Shown here: piece after piece, positions 24,801 to 36,713 of the stretch
Position numbering within the stretch: position 1 is the first letter of the stretch
Layout: every line of letters starts with the position of its first letter
Source of the DNA: Selaginella moellendorffii
Lineage: Eukaryota; Plantae; Lycopodiophyta
Direction of reading: 5' to 3'
DNA length: 64,000 nt
Assembly: GCF_000143415.4 (NCBI RefSeq)
Contig: NW_003314277.1
Location: 1,873,185-1,937,184 of the forward strand
Program-made: the position numbers and the translations under genes
Notes under the pieces: model-generated
What the model saw: the letters and a program-made list of their open reading frames with translations, nothing else
What the model was told of the DNA's origin: nothing
The model's database searches: none

Positions 24801-26447
24801 CTTCCTCTTCTCGTTGCCTACACTTGACTACCAGAGTCTCATAGATGGACATGTTGCATAAAATACCTTTCAAGTTGATCTCTCAAATGATTCACATCGC
24901 TTTGCGTAGCTTGAAAGGATGCATGCCATTGTGTTTCCTCCTCCTGAAAACACTATAAGAAAGCACTTCCAGCAAGAACCCATTTCCTACCTGGGAACAT
25001 CGTACGAAATTCTCTTCCATCTCCTGGACATGCTGCTCCAAAGACTGCTTTCTAATTCGTTTTGCATGCAAGACACTTTCCTTGTTCTCAACACCCCCTT
25101 TCAGCTGCGCTTCCTCAACTGAAATCTGTACTACAACATCAAATACGTTGAACTAAAATTTAAGGACTTCACCTCAGCTAGCTCTTCCATGAGTTTTGTA
25201 CGTGTCTCCTCAGCTCTGTCTTTCCTTGCTACAAGATCAGAGACGTTTTCTTCTAGGTGGGAAAGAGAAAGTCGCGTCTCTGCAAGTAATTGCTGCAATG
25301 CAAAAACCTCAGACATCCAACAAATAAAAGACCAAACTGCTCACTGTTTGCATCTCGATGTCCTCTTCAGCTAGAAGTATAAGCTGCTCGAGTTCTCTTA
25401 CAAACGCTTGGATGTCTTCGAGTTTCTTGTCTGTCTCATAAACTACAGCCCAAGCCAATCTCTTTCGCAAGGTGCGAACTTCTTCAGCAAGTTCATCCAC
25501 TTGTTCCGCATGGAGAAGTTTCTCTTCTATCTTCACCAGATCCCGTTCGAGCACTTCAAAAGATTTCCTGTCCTTTTGAAGGCAATCACGACACACTTGA
25601 ATAGTCTTCACGTTCATGTCCAGCAATTTCGAGACTTTCTCCAAAAGAGTTGCCTTGAAGTAAAACTACAGCATAAGCATATGTCAGACCACCTTCAGCT
25701 TGGAAACGAAAGCTATTGTTACCTTGAATTTCTCTTTCTCGCTACCAGCACTCAGAAAATCTCGACTCATGTCTTGAGACATAATCACACACGGGTTTTC
25801 CGCATCAATCTACAAAAAAAAGGTGACAGTAGGAAAGTAGAAAATTTTAAAAATACAATCTTAGCTTACACTGAAATGGTCGATCACATCTCACAAATCC
25901 TGCTTGTTTGAAGAAAGTTTCTCACCTGGAATACACAATACAAAAGAAGTAAATCCCTCGCACGGTAGAAAACCAACCTCGGTGATTTTTCAAGACAATA
26001 GTGTTGCTTCCAGCAGTGATTCTCCGCTCAATCACTATCGTCTTGCCATACAGATTTGGCTTATAAGCATCTGACCCTTCATTTTTTAACTCTACCACTA
26101 CCAAAGCAGACCTGGAACAGAAACAATGCTAGTCCAGAAAAAAAAAAGGGGGACTTTGCTTACTTTGATCCAATTTTGATAAAATCCTTCCCACGGGCCT
26201 TGCTCCCAAAGGCGATGCACAGCGCGGCCAGAATGGCGCTCTTGCCGCCTGAGAAAACAAAAACAATGGGGAAAACTCAAATCCAATCTAAAATCTCGCT
26301 CTTACTTCCATTTTGCCCCGTCAAGAAATTGACATTGTCACCGAGATCGATTGAAAGATTGCTGTGGCATAAGAAATTGACGAGCTTGATGCGCGAGATC
26401 ACACCCGCGACACCCTGATCCTCGCCCCTCCACGTTTGCGTCAACAT
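21865..26447 (-). CDS. SMC6: Divergent SMC6 paralogue (tandem copy 2)
   Basis: Walker A GQNGSGKS, hinge PPVGPIGAHL, signature LSGGERS, Walker B/D-loop [11 protein letters not shown] and QWIFITP. The exons I traced by hand are open and have GT/GC-AG ends. Confidence 0.85.
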
Positions 26448-26671
26448 AGCAAGCTAGCTAGAACTAAAACCCTAAACAACTATTTCAAAATGGCTCGTTA
26501 GATCTTTGCGTATCTAACGGCCCAGGATTCCCCAGTTCGCCGCTTCTTTTCATTAATATTCCTAGAATCTCATATTCCCAGATTCTATTGGCAGCAGTTA
26601 AATCAGCCCGCGTGCGAAAAATTGTACTGCTAGTTAAAACCATTTTACTGTTGGTACGAAAAATTCTTCGT

Positions 26672-29600
26672 CTATAGACGAGGAGCTGACATTTGCTGCT
26701 TCTTTATCTTTGGGTGATCCTTCACGGAGCTAAAAAACCAGGAAACAACGAGCTCAAATCCACCAGAAAAAAATCTAAACGAGAGAGGTACCTGATGTCG
26801 TTGGGCGTGATGAAAATCCACTGAGATCCTTCTTGGATCGCGAAATCCACCACAGTTTCCAGGCTGATTCGCCGGCTGATTGCGTCCTGTGAGACGAGAG
26901 CTTAAACAAGTACATGAAAACGAAGGAAACTTACCATGAACACGTCGAACTCGTCCATTGCACGAAATGGAGACTCCGTCATCTCGTGGAGCGCCAAGGC
27001 GAAACATAGAGTGGAGAAAGATCTCTCTCCGCCTGAAAGAGAAAAGCACAAAACTTGCTCGTTCATGCCTAGGGAAGTATCAAAGTTACCAGAAAGAGCT
27101 CTTGTATCTTTCACTGCGCTGTTTGAGGCATCTTGCGGCATTTGAACCTGCCAGTAAAACCAAGTTAAAATCAACCAAACTTGGAAATAATCATACCTCA
27201 AGCTTCAAAGTCTTGGCTTCATAGTCGATTTTCACTCTTCCACTGAACCCCTTCCTTTTAAGATGGTCATTGAACCTACAAAGAAAAATAGAAAAGACGT
27301 TAAACAGTGGCACAAGAGTTGGCAATCAAACCTCCATCTCAATTGGCGACTGAGGTAAGCAGTGTTGTGCTCAAACTTGGAGCGTCTCGACGCATACACA
27401 TTGTCTATCGCCTGCAAAAGAAAGTCTTGAACAACGAAAAAGCCACAAACGATGCTACCTCTATTCTTTGCTTCAGATCCACGTGAAGATGCTTCTTCTT
27501 GAAGACTTTCTTTTCCAGTTTCGACTTCTTTCGCTGAAGTTCGTCCACTGGGGTGATGTGCCTAAACAGGAAAACCGGGAGAAATGACTAACAAATCACG
27601 AAAACTTGAAATGCTTCCCACCTTTCTTCACGACTCACTTGGTCCATAAGACGTTCTAAGCTTGCGTTCAGTTTAACTGTGGAATCCGACACTCCGCCCA
27701 GCCTCTCGACTTCTTCCCCTGGGCATATCTGTGACGCTTTCTGCGCATTTTCCTGCAAAGCATGATAACAAAATTAGCAGCCAAAGTGCAACTAAGCAGA
27801 CACCCACCTCACGCTCGCTTTGAAGGCGTTTCAATTCTTCCTCTGCTATTTGCAACTCAGGAAGCACCCTGTCTTTCATGATTTTTGTGAAATGAGCAAC
27901 GGCCTGTGGGAATGAGGATCAGAAACAAACTTTGTAAAGTAACTCCTTACGTTAGCGGCCTCGTCTGCTTCCTCTTGCAATGCTTGCAACTCATCGGCAG
28001 CTTTTCTAAGAGCTTCGGCATCATCTTTGGTGGAATCTACGATTGCGACAGCTGAGGAAAAGCCACAATACAGATAAAACTTACCCAAGAAGCTATCATG
28101 CTTGGACTTGGCATCTTGCTGTTTGGCATTGACATCAACGACTTTACTTCTGAGGTCTTCAATCACACGCTCGAGTTTTCGAGCTTCCGCTTCTGTATCC
28201 TGATTTAAGAAAATATATATCAACTTCCATGCATGAGACGATTGAAGTACCAAAATTTCGGTTTCAAGCTCTTCCGTGTTAGGCATAGTTGCACTTGCTG
28301 CTTGTTCTGCTTGAAATTTTAGATCGCGCAATCGAAGTTCTTTCCTTGAGATGCTTTGACTGATTTCCGCGTTTGCTCTCTGTATACATCCACTTCAAAT
28401 TCTAAAGCATAACGAGGAGCAAAGTTTACCCTGGATTTCTCGAGGTGACGTCTTAAATCTTGAAGGGAGGCCTCAGCACTTCGCTTTTGTGATTCCAATA
28501 ATCTGAGCTCTTCGACAACTCTTGAAAGGTCACTTTCCGCTTCTGTAATTCGCTGCTCGATACCCGCTTCCAGTCGCCCACCTCGTATATTTCTGTCTTT
28601 CGGGAGTGTTGTTTGGCCTCCCGCTCTCATAAACCTGGACAATACACACGTCAGACGACTAAAACTGGCACATGTATCAACCCTTACATTTTCTCACCGG
28701 ACCTCGTAAAGGCCTCCTTCACGTTTGGCGCTCTCGTGTTGAAAACCACGCGTACGCCTTCCTGGTAATTCTCAACCAGGACTTGTCTCTCAACAGATCC
28801 CTGGAAGAGATAAAAAAGAACAGATAAAAGTAAGACCTGCCTGAATACCTTACATGATCGACCAAGACGTTTTTGACGATATGGTTTTCAGACTGGAGAA
28901 CCGACATCACAGTGATCAGGTCCGGATTTGGAAGCATCCGTGGTGGCAGGTTCAACCTGAAAGATGAGAAAAGAAAAATGGCTAGGAACAACAAAAAATT
29001 CATGAGGTACATACAGTGGGTGTTCGAAGTTGTAGATTATAATCGGCAGGTTCGTATAATTGCAGTTACGAGCAAGTCTACGAAGAGCAAGCATGTCCTG
29101 GTGGTTGGTCACAACAAAAGCGTTTAGCAATCTTCCAACAGCTACTTCAACAGCGAGCGCCCACGTATCATCTCCTGCCAGAGCCTTGAAATCACAAAGT
29201 TAAATGCCAAAATACTTTAAAACGTTGTTTAACTCACGACATGTGCTCCAATCGGACCAATGGGAGGTCTTGTAAAAGAGTTTTCATGATTTTCAATGCT
29301 CCGGAGCAGCTTTATAACGTCCTCACCTCCAAAGGCATGAAGCTACAGAAAATGTTACCACAGGGGCTTAGGAGTCAACTCACTCACCCGATTACGCTGC
29401 TGGTTTTGTAGTCGCCTAATATAACCATTCAAATCGCTGACCTTTCCACGACGGTCTTCAATCTGATACAAGAAAATTGGCGACTTACTAATAATCTAAA
29501 AGATAAACAATACCTCTTTGTTTCGTTCTGAAATGCTATCAGTGGCGGAGTTTAAGTTTCTCAAAGCCGCTTCTTCCTCTTCCTGCATTCTATTTAAAAA

Positions 29601-31263
29601 GGAAAACATTTACATAATTGCGTTTGGGTAAGACATATTACCTTCTTCGCTCTCCCTTTTGCAAATCGATCTCGTTTTCAAGGGCTCGAAGTGCTTCAAC
29701 CCTCTCATTTTCTTCCACCTGGACAACTTTCAATACATCACAAGAAAGCCACACACCGAATGAGCTCACCTGGGTGTTCTCTTCGAACTTTTCCTTCATT
29801 TCACGTACGTGCATTTCAAGTGAGCGCTTTTTACCGCGCTTCCGCTCCAAAGTCGCTACTTTACTTCGAAGAGTTTCTTCGAGTTGCACCTTTTCCTGTG
29901 TCACCTGCAAATAAAAAATGCTACAGCGACTGGCACATTTTTAGCGACAGCCATTACCTCAGTCAGATCTTGGTATAGTTTCTTCTCTGCTTCCTTTGCT
30001 CTATCATTCCTAGAAATCAGATCGGAAATGCTTGTGTTTTTCCTGGAATGAGCATCGCGTTTCTCTCCCAGGATAGCCTGTAATAGAGATATTAGACATT
30101 CCTTACAAATAACCTCGTCTTAAGACTGACCTTGTGTGCATCTATTCTTTCCTGGCAGACTGGAATGCGCTCTCGAAGCTTTTCTGCGCAACCTGCTGCC
30201 TTCTCAATTTTACGATCGATATCGTAAACCTGAGACCAAGCCAGTTTTTTCCGCAGGTTGGTGACCTCCTGCGCCATCTCGTCAACCTTTTCTGCCCGCC
30301 GAATTTCCAAGTCCAATTTATTGAGCTTCTGCTCGTAGGGCCGAAATGTTTCCTCGTTGGCCTTCAAATAGACTTTGCATGATTCAATGTTGCCGATGTT
30401 AGCATCCAAAAGCTCCGAAACGTGTTGCAAAAGTGTTGCCTTGTAAAAGAACTATGCCCAAAAAACAAGCAGGTCATGAGCCCAACAAGGATTAGAGCCA
30501 AGTACCTTGAACTTTTCCTTGTCATTTCCGGAATGCAGGAACTCGCGGCTCTTGTCTTGGCTCATGATCACACAAGGATTTTCGACATCTATCTATAAGC
30601 ATCCAAGTCAGTAAACAGGTAAAATATTACGGAAGACTCACATTGAAATGGTCGATTATATCATGAAGGTCTTCCTTTTTAGCCGAAACCTTCCGACCTG
30701 AAAGAAACAATGTAAATACTCGGGGATGAAAACACGAAGAAATAAGGAAAAAAATTCATGCCATGCTCGTCTTTCAACGCGGTGGTGGAAGCAGTCGCAG
30801 TAATCCTTCGCTCGATTATAATCATTTTCCCGTACCTCTCCGGCTTGTAGGAATCACAGCCTTCATTCTTCATTTCCACGATGACCAGCGCATAGCTAAA
30901 CATGAGAAAGTGTAAGTGTAAACTCCAGTCAAGAGCTTTAAAATCTAACACTTAGCTCTACCTGCATCCCGTCTTGATAAAATCTTTCAGCGAAGTAGCT
31001 CGTTGCGTTCCGCGAGCTCTGATGCCAAATGCGATGCACAGAGCCGTGAGAATGGCGCTCTTCCCACCTGCGAAGAGGCAAAAAAACCTACATTCTTCCC
31101 AAAATCTTGGAGCAGAGAACTTACTCCCATTCTGCCCCGTGATGAAATTCACGTTGTCAACGAAATCGATCGAGAGATTGGAATGGCACATGAAATTCTC
31201 CACCCGGATGCGCGCGATGATCCCGGCGGCATCTCCCGCCTCGCGGCTTCGCCCGCGCGCCAT
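26672..31263 (-). CDS. SMC6: SMC6, canonical copy
   Basis: [60 protein letters not shown] and [36 protein letters not shown]. Confidence 0.95.
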
Positions 31264-31402
31264 TCCCAAGCCCTAAGCCCTTGAAAAAAATCCCACGCCT
31301 TGAATGCCGCCATGTGTAGCGATGTCAGCCGTTGGATCATAGATCTATCCATCCGACAAGAACAAACTCCGGGAAGCGCTAGGGATTTTAGCGCTAGAAG
31401 GA

Positions 31403-31986
31403 ATGCCGACGCTCAATCTCTCCACGAACGTCCCCGCCGATTCGATCGTGAGCTCCGACATTCTCAAGGATGCGAGCAAGGCGGTCTCTCGGATCATTGG
31501 AAAGCCCGAACAGGTAACGTCGTCTCGATCGATAGGTTGTAGCGCATTCGATAGCCACGAAATCTCCAGGCATTGCAGCTCTCTCGTCTAGATTATCACT
31601 CGAGATCTAGATTTCATTGTGCGATGATTCCTAGAGCGCTCGGCCGGATCGATTGAACTGGATTTTCATTTCCAAGTTGTTTGGTTTCGCAGTATGTGAT
31701 GATCGTGCTCAAAGATAGTGTTCCAATGTCATTCGGTGGCACCGAAGAGCCGGCTGCGTATGGAGAAGTGATCTCGATTGGAGGGCTGGGGCCGAGCGTC
31801 AACAAAGAACTCAGCGAAGCTTTGTCCGAGATTTTGGAGTCCAAGTTATCGGTTCCGCCATCACGATTCTACATTAAGTTCTACGACGTCCAGGTACTTT
31901 TTGGCAAGCTCTTGTTCTTCTCTATTTCACTTTGGTCATATCCTTCTCAGAGAAGCTTTTTCGGATGGAATGGTTCCACCTTCTAA
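31403..31986 (+). CDS. MDL1: MIF/D-dopachrome tautomerase-like protein, 115 aa (exons 31403-31513, 31693-31893, 31951-31986)
   Basis: N-terminal catalytic Pro (MPTLNLSTNVP), IGKPEQYVM, TEEPAAYGEVISIGGL and FFGWNGSTF. Confidence 0.93.
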
Positions 31987-32320
31987 AGTATACTTCTTAT
32001 GATGTGAGTTACCGAGTAACTGGATTAAAAAAAGCAACACCGCTGGGGTATGTATGTTCGCTTTATGCTTTTACTATTAAATTCTTGGCTAGGATTTTCA
32101 AGTCCAATGCAAAACTATGTCTTTGTTTCCAGGAATAGTTTATGGCCTCCACCTGTAGGAAAGAGCTTTCTCAGCTTTTTTGGGGGCCAGGTGAGCCATC
32201 AATTTGGTTGGCGCTTTTAGAACTTATATGGCACGAAAAGAAGAGAAGAAGAGAAGCAGTGAAAGGAAGATCATCGTCCAAACAAGTATGAAGAAGCAAC
32301 AGCAGAGTGGTGGTGAATTG

Positions 32321-32938
32321 ATGGTGGGATTCTCGTTTCTGGCAGCTCTCTTGCTCGCGACACTGGGAGCTGTTCAAGCAACCGAGTTTGTAGTCGGGGG
32401 CGCGACTCAATGGATAATGCCTCCCAACGGCGACGATGACTTTTACGAGAATTGGTCCAAGCAGCAAAACGTTCGTGTCAATGACACACTCCGTAAGTTT
32501 GTTTTCTTTTCTTGTGCTTTCATCTTCTTTGTTTTCTAACGAGAGCATCTTCTATGCATGCAAGGTTTCAAGTACAACAGCCAACGGCACGACGTTCTGG
32601 AAGTGTCCGAGGATGACTACGACCGATGCTCCAGCGCCTCGCCGATCCAGTCTTTCAACAACGGTGACACCTCGATCGCAATGACCAGGCCCGGATCATG
32701 GTACTTCCTCTGCGGCTTTCCAAATCACTGCCAAGGGGGCCAGAAGCTGTCCATCGATGTCCAAAACGCATCGCTCACAGGCAGCGCCGCCACTCCACCA
32801 TCGTCAAGCTCCAGCAGCTCCAGCTCCAGCTCCAGCAGCGCCGCCGGCAGTAACATCTCGAGAAAAGATTTGGAAACTCTCACGGCAGCAGCAGCAACAG
32901 CCGGAATTTCGATCTTGCTCTTTATCGTTATAATGTGA
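32321..32938 (+). CDS. Phytocyanin of stellacyanin type with Ser-rich linker and GPI-like tail
   Basis: Signal peptide, FVVGG..W, HDVLEV and FLCGFPNHCQGGQKL give the H/C/H/Q copper ligand set. One intron at ~32493-32564. Confidence 0.9.
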
Positions 32939-33097
32939 GCAGCGTTATTCAAATAGTTCTTCGTTGAATTCTTAATAAATTTTAAATCAATATTTTTAAT
33001 GATCTAAGTTTTTAAAGATTTACACAATCATCTTGAATATTAAGGTGAGAGCTAGAACATGTTCCTCATTTAAGTATTCTTAACAAGGTTACTCTTC

Positions 33098-33913
33098 CTA
33101 TACCATCTCCTTGATCGTCGACTGTAGCTGATACAGATCAAACTCTTCCTGCACCAGCTCCTTGATCGTCGACTGGAGCTGATACAGATCAAACGTGAGT
33201 GGGATGTCATGGCAGTCTGGAACATCGCTGGAAAGCATGCTGAACGGGAACCACACCAAGAAATCCTCCTTTGTTTCCAAAGTGCAAACTCCAGGGCTAA
33301 AATCTATAATCTGTGTACCTTTGCCAGCTTCCTCCTGCACCCACAACAGTTGCAGGCTGCTGCTGCTAGTGCTGAGGGTGGCGTACGAGATTTGTATCCC
33401 AATTGCGAGCTTACAGCCCGAGCGAACCCAGTGGTTAAGTTCCCTGACGAGTACCTCAAAAGGCTCGTTCTTGTAGCCCACTTCAAGGACTACTCGAGGG
33501 AATGGATGCTTCTGCGAGGCCGTGGAGAAAGAGGCGTCTGGCTCCTTGCTCCCGTTACCAAGCGCAAACCTCGATGATCCCAGGACCCGGACGAAGGAGC
33601 GGATGTCCAGCTCGGGGCTCGTGAGCATCAAGTGCCTCTCCACTTGCCGGCATAACTTGTGGAAGAACCACTGCTTCGTCTCGTCGTGGACGTTACTGGG
33701 ATCGCCAAATATGTAGACACTGCCAACGCCGGAGCCCGCTTCTCTCTCGAGGAAGGCCAGCCTCCAGCAGTCTTCATTGTTGGAACTCCATTTCTCAAAG
33801 CTAGAGTAGAACACATCGTCTGCCACTAGAAAAGGGCCCTTCCCTGTGCCTGAGCACTCTTTGTACAAACTCACCGCCTTCTCCAGGCCACGATCCAGTC
33901 TCTCCTTCGACAT
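33098..33913 (-). CDS. Intronless Uma2-like PD-(D/E)xK restriction-endonuclease-fold protein, 271 aa
   Basis: KEPDASF...FPRVVLEVGYKNEPFEVL...HW motif. The C-terminal FDLYQLQSTIKE is tandemly duplicated. A telo-box (aaaaccctaa) lies immediately upstream of the ATG. Confidence 0.7.
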   Translation of the reverse strand: MSKERLDRGLEKAVSLYKECSGTGKGPFLVADDVFYSSFEKWSSNNEDCWRLAFLEREAGSGVGSVYIFGDPSNVHDETKQWFFHKLCRQVERHLMLTSPELDIRSFVRVLGSSRFALGNGSKEPDASFSTASQKHPFPRVVLEVGYKNEPFEVLVRELNHWVRSGCKLAIGIQISYATLSTSSSSLQLLWVQEEAGKGTQIIDFSPGVCTLETKEDFLVWFPFSMLSSDVPDCHDIPLTFDLYQLQSTIKELVQEEFDLYQLQSTIKEMV

Positions 33914-34177
33914 TGGATTAGGGTTTTCAGCTGGTACGGTATTTAAAGGAATAAATCAACCTTTTGAAGTTTTCAAGCTTTTAACCCAAAATTAGTAGTG
34001 CGAGAAATAAATGTAAAACGAACTTTAAACTAATCTTAATTTATTTTAATAAACTCTTTAGTTTCTCCATGGATGGTATTTAGTTTCTCACCAAAATACC
34101 AAACATTAGATGCTTACATTCTGCTATAAAATGGGTTGCTCCTAGAGTGTTAGCAACCAGCAGTTTCGAGCTAGCTA

Positions 34178-35133
34178 ATGGCTCATACCAGTGCTCTAAT
34201 CTTCCTCACTTCTTTCATTGCTTTCGCTGCAAGCGTTGCAGTGGCACAAACTCCCACCACTCCTCCTCCAGGCACTCCACCCCCTCCAGCCCCTCCTCCT
34301 CCAGGCACTCCAGCCACTCCAGCCACTCCAGGATGCTTCCCAGGTAGGGTTCATGTGAAATCACGCTTTTTTCTTCATACAATTTTCAAGCTATTATAGG
34401 AGATGCAACTGTTCAGATGTATAATGGAGAAATTAAGTTCGTGAGGGAGCTTAATGTTGGAGACAAGGTTGAATACTTTCACATAAATCTTGTCCAAGTA
34501 TAACTTCTCCGCAGGTTGCAGTGGGGAAGAATATCTATTCAGATGTGTATGCATTCGGCCACAAGGATGCTGATGCCATGTCCAAGTTTTTCCAAGTGCA
34601 CAGCGCTTCAAACATGTTGGAACTCACTGCAGGCCACTTTGTTCCCGTTGCTGTCAATGGGAAGCTCGTGTACAAGAGAGCCGAGGACCTCAAGGTTGGA
34701 GATTCCCTGTGGGAATCATCTCAAATCACTGGTAAGGAAAGCAAAAAGCATATATATTGGTGGGATGTTTCGAATTTGACGATTCTGTGCTACTTTTCCA
34801 GAAATACAAAAGGTTGAGAAGGTAGGCCTCTACAACCCGCTCACTCTCTCCGGCAGCATCATGGTGAACAATGTTCTAGCATCGACTCACAGCGAGTGGT
34901 TCTTGGACTCCATATTTGATGCTGTCGGCGCAACCGAGTACCTGCCATACGCATACCAGGCCGTGCTTGCTCCAGTTCGCGCCATCTACAACATCGTCGG
35001 CAAGGAAATCTACGCAAAGGGCTATGCTGCCATCGATTCCTTCACCAACATTGCTGACTTTGGAAGGAAGTATGGAGGAAGCGTTGCTCTCACCTTTGGA
35101 GTTGCTGGTCTTGTGCTGGCCTCCAAGGTGTAA
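34178..35133 (+). CDS. Secreted Pro-rich peptide fused to a Hedgehog-type Hint/Hog autoprocessing domain, 260 aa (exons 34178-34343, 34400-34467, 34515-34731, 34802-35133)
   Basis: Splicing gives 783 nt in frame: G|CFPGDATVQM..ELNVGDKV, YSDVYAFGH, LELTAGH (TxxH), AEDLKVGD, GLYNPLTLSGSIMVNNVLAS, then LAPVR. Confidence 0.9.
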
Positions 35134-36188
35134 ACAACTTTGGCAAGAATAAAAATTTTACATATTAACGTACAGTGAACAGACAAGAATAAAAACAACA
35201 AAGGCAAGGGTACCTCTCACACCTGAAGCAAGAATCGTACCAAATGCCCACTACACGGCATTTGTTTTGTTTTGCTAAAACACTAAAGCTGGCATTTTAT
35301 GGAAATGCCCGGGGTATCACATTGAATAATTTTAATGATTAAGGAAATTATTATAAATTACAATGGAGGCATGAGACCACAAACTTCCTGCCCTAACCTC
35401 ACTCCCACCCACTCAGTCTTCTCTTGACTTCCAGCTCCCGAAATTCCTCCCAAATTAATAGACTTTTGGTGGCAAGTAGTATCTAAAGTATGTTCCTTGC
35501 CACTTGAAGCTATTGCCACCAATGGTATCTATTAGTTTTTAAAATGCATGTTTTAATTTGCCTCCACCTCTGGCACATACAGGATTGAGACTTATATATT
35601 TGAAAACAATACAGTTACATGGTACCAATAAAAAAGAAGAGCAAAGTTATTGATGATCTATTGCTCAAGACGACATCTAAAAATGGACCCTTTTGACTAT
35701 GTGTCTGTGAAGATGTAATTCTGTTGACTAAATCAGTCCTTGAGCTCCTTGAGCTCTTCTGAGCATTTCCAAACTGTGTGCACCAATTCGAGACAATCAA
35801 TCCATGGAATTCTTTCTAATCGCTTAAAAACAGAGATTTTCAAGGCAATTTTGGTAACATATCATTAGCCAGTTCTAAGTATTTAATTATTAATATTAAA
35901 TTTTATTACAAACTGATTTTTTAAATTCCAAAAAACTGTCTGCTGCTTGTTAAAGCAAACCCAAAATTACAATTCTCTTTTCTTTTCTTTTTTCTGGTTT
36001 ATGAGATGGTAGTGGGTATACCTAGAAAATGCTTGGATATTCTATTATCTAATGATTGTTATTCATTTAGATTAATTTTATATTTATAATTTATAATCTT
36101 TCCTAAACACTTTCTAGTATATTCTTTTTTATTCTAATGGTTGATATGCAATAAGATTAATTTGTGTTTGAAAATTATAAACATGTAA

Positions 36189-36358
36189 TGTGAGTGCTTG
36201 GAATATGGAAAGGGAATACAAAAAATGTGCATATCAATTAGCCCAACAACCATAGATTATATATAGAAGCGAGTGGTCCAGATTGAAACTAATCCGACGG
36301 CTACCAAAATCCCACTACGCTAATATTAATATACAACATTATAATCGCCCTCACATCA
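36189..36358 (-). repeat. 3' LTR (~170 bp)
   Basis: tgtgagtgcttggaatatg...gacggctaccaaaatcccacta...ccctcacatca is shared with 41138-41315. Confidence 0.9.
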
Positions 36359-36713
36359 TCCTCTCTTCTCGGAATAATGGAAGGACATCAGGGTTCTCTT
36401 GTAGATGGGCCGAGATCTGGAAGGATGTCAGGAGGAGGCATCGGTGCATCTATAGGTGGTATTAACTGCTCCTAATCCCTTTGTATGAAGCGTTTCAACT
36501 GTTGCACATGCACAATCTCCAAAGGATCAATTTGCTGGATATCATGCCGAACCTCATAAACTTGTGGTCCAACTTACCGTAACACCCGATACGGTCTTTT
36601 CCACTGCACAAGGAGCCCCTTAACTAAACCACGTATCGTAAGATGGGGAAAACGAACTAACACCAAATCATCCACTTTGTACTCCACAGGTGGACAATGA
36701 TAGGAGTTGTAGC

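Noticed and set aside
34334-34900. Hint domain as a self-splicing intein
   Set aside because: It lacks the terminal His-Asn plus Cys/Ser/Thr junction and is followed by a Hog-type LAPVR region rather than a host extein.
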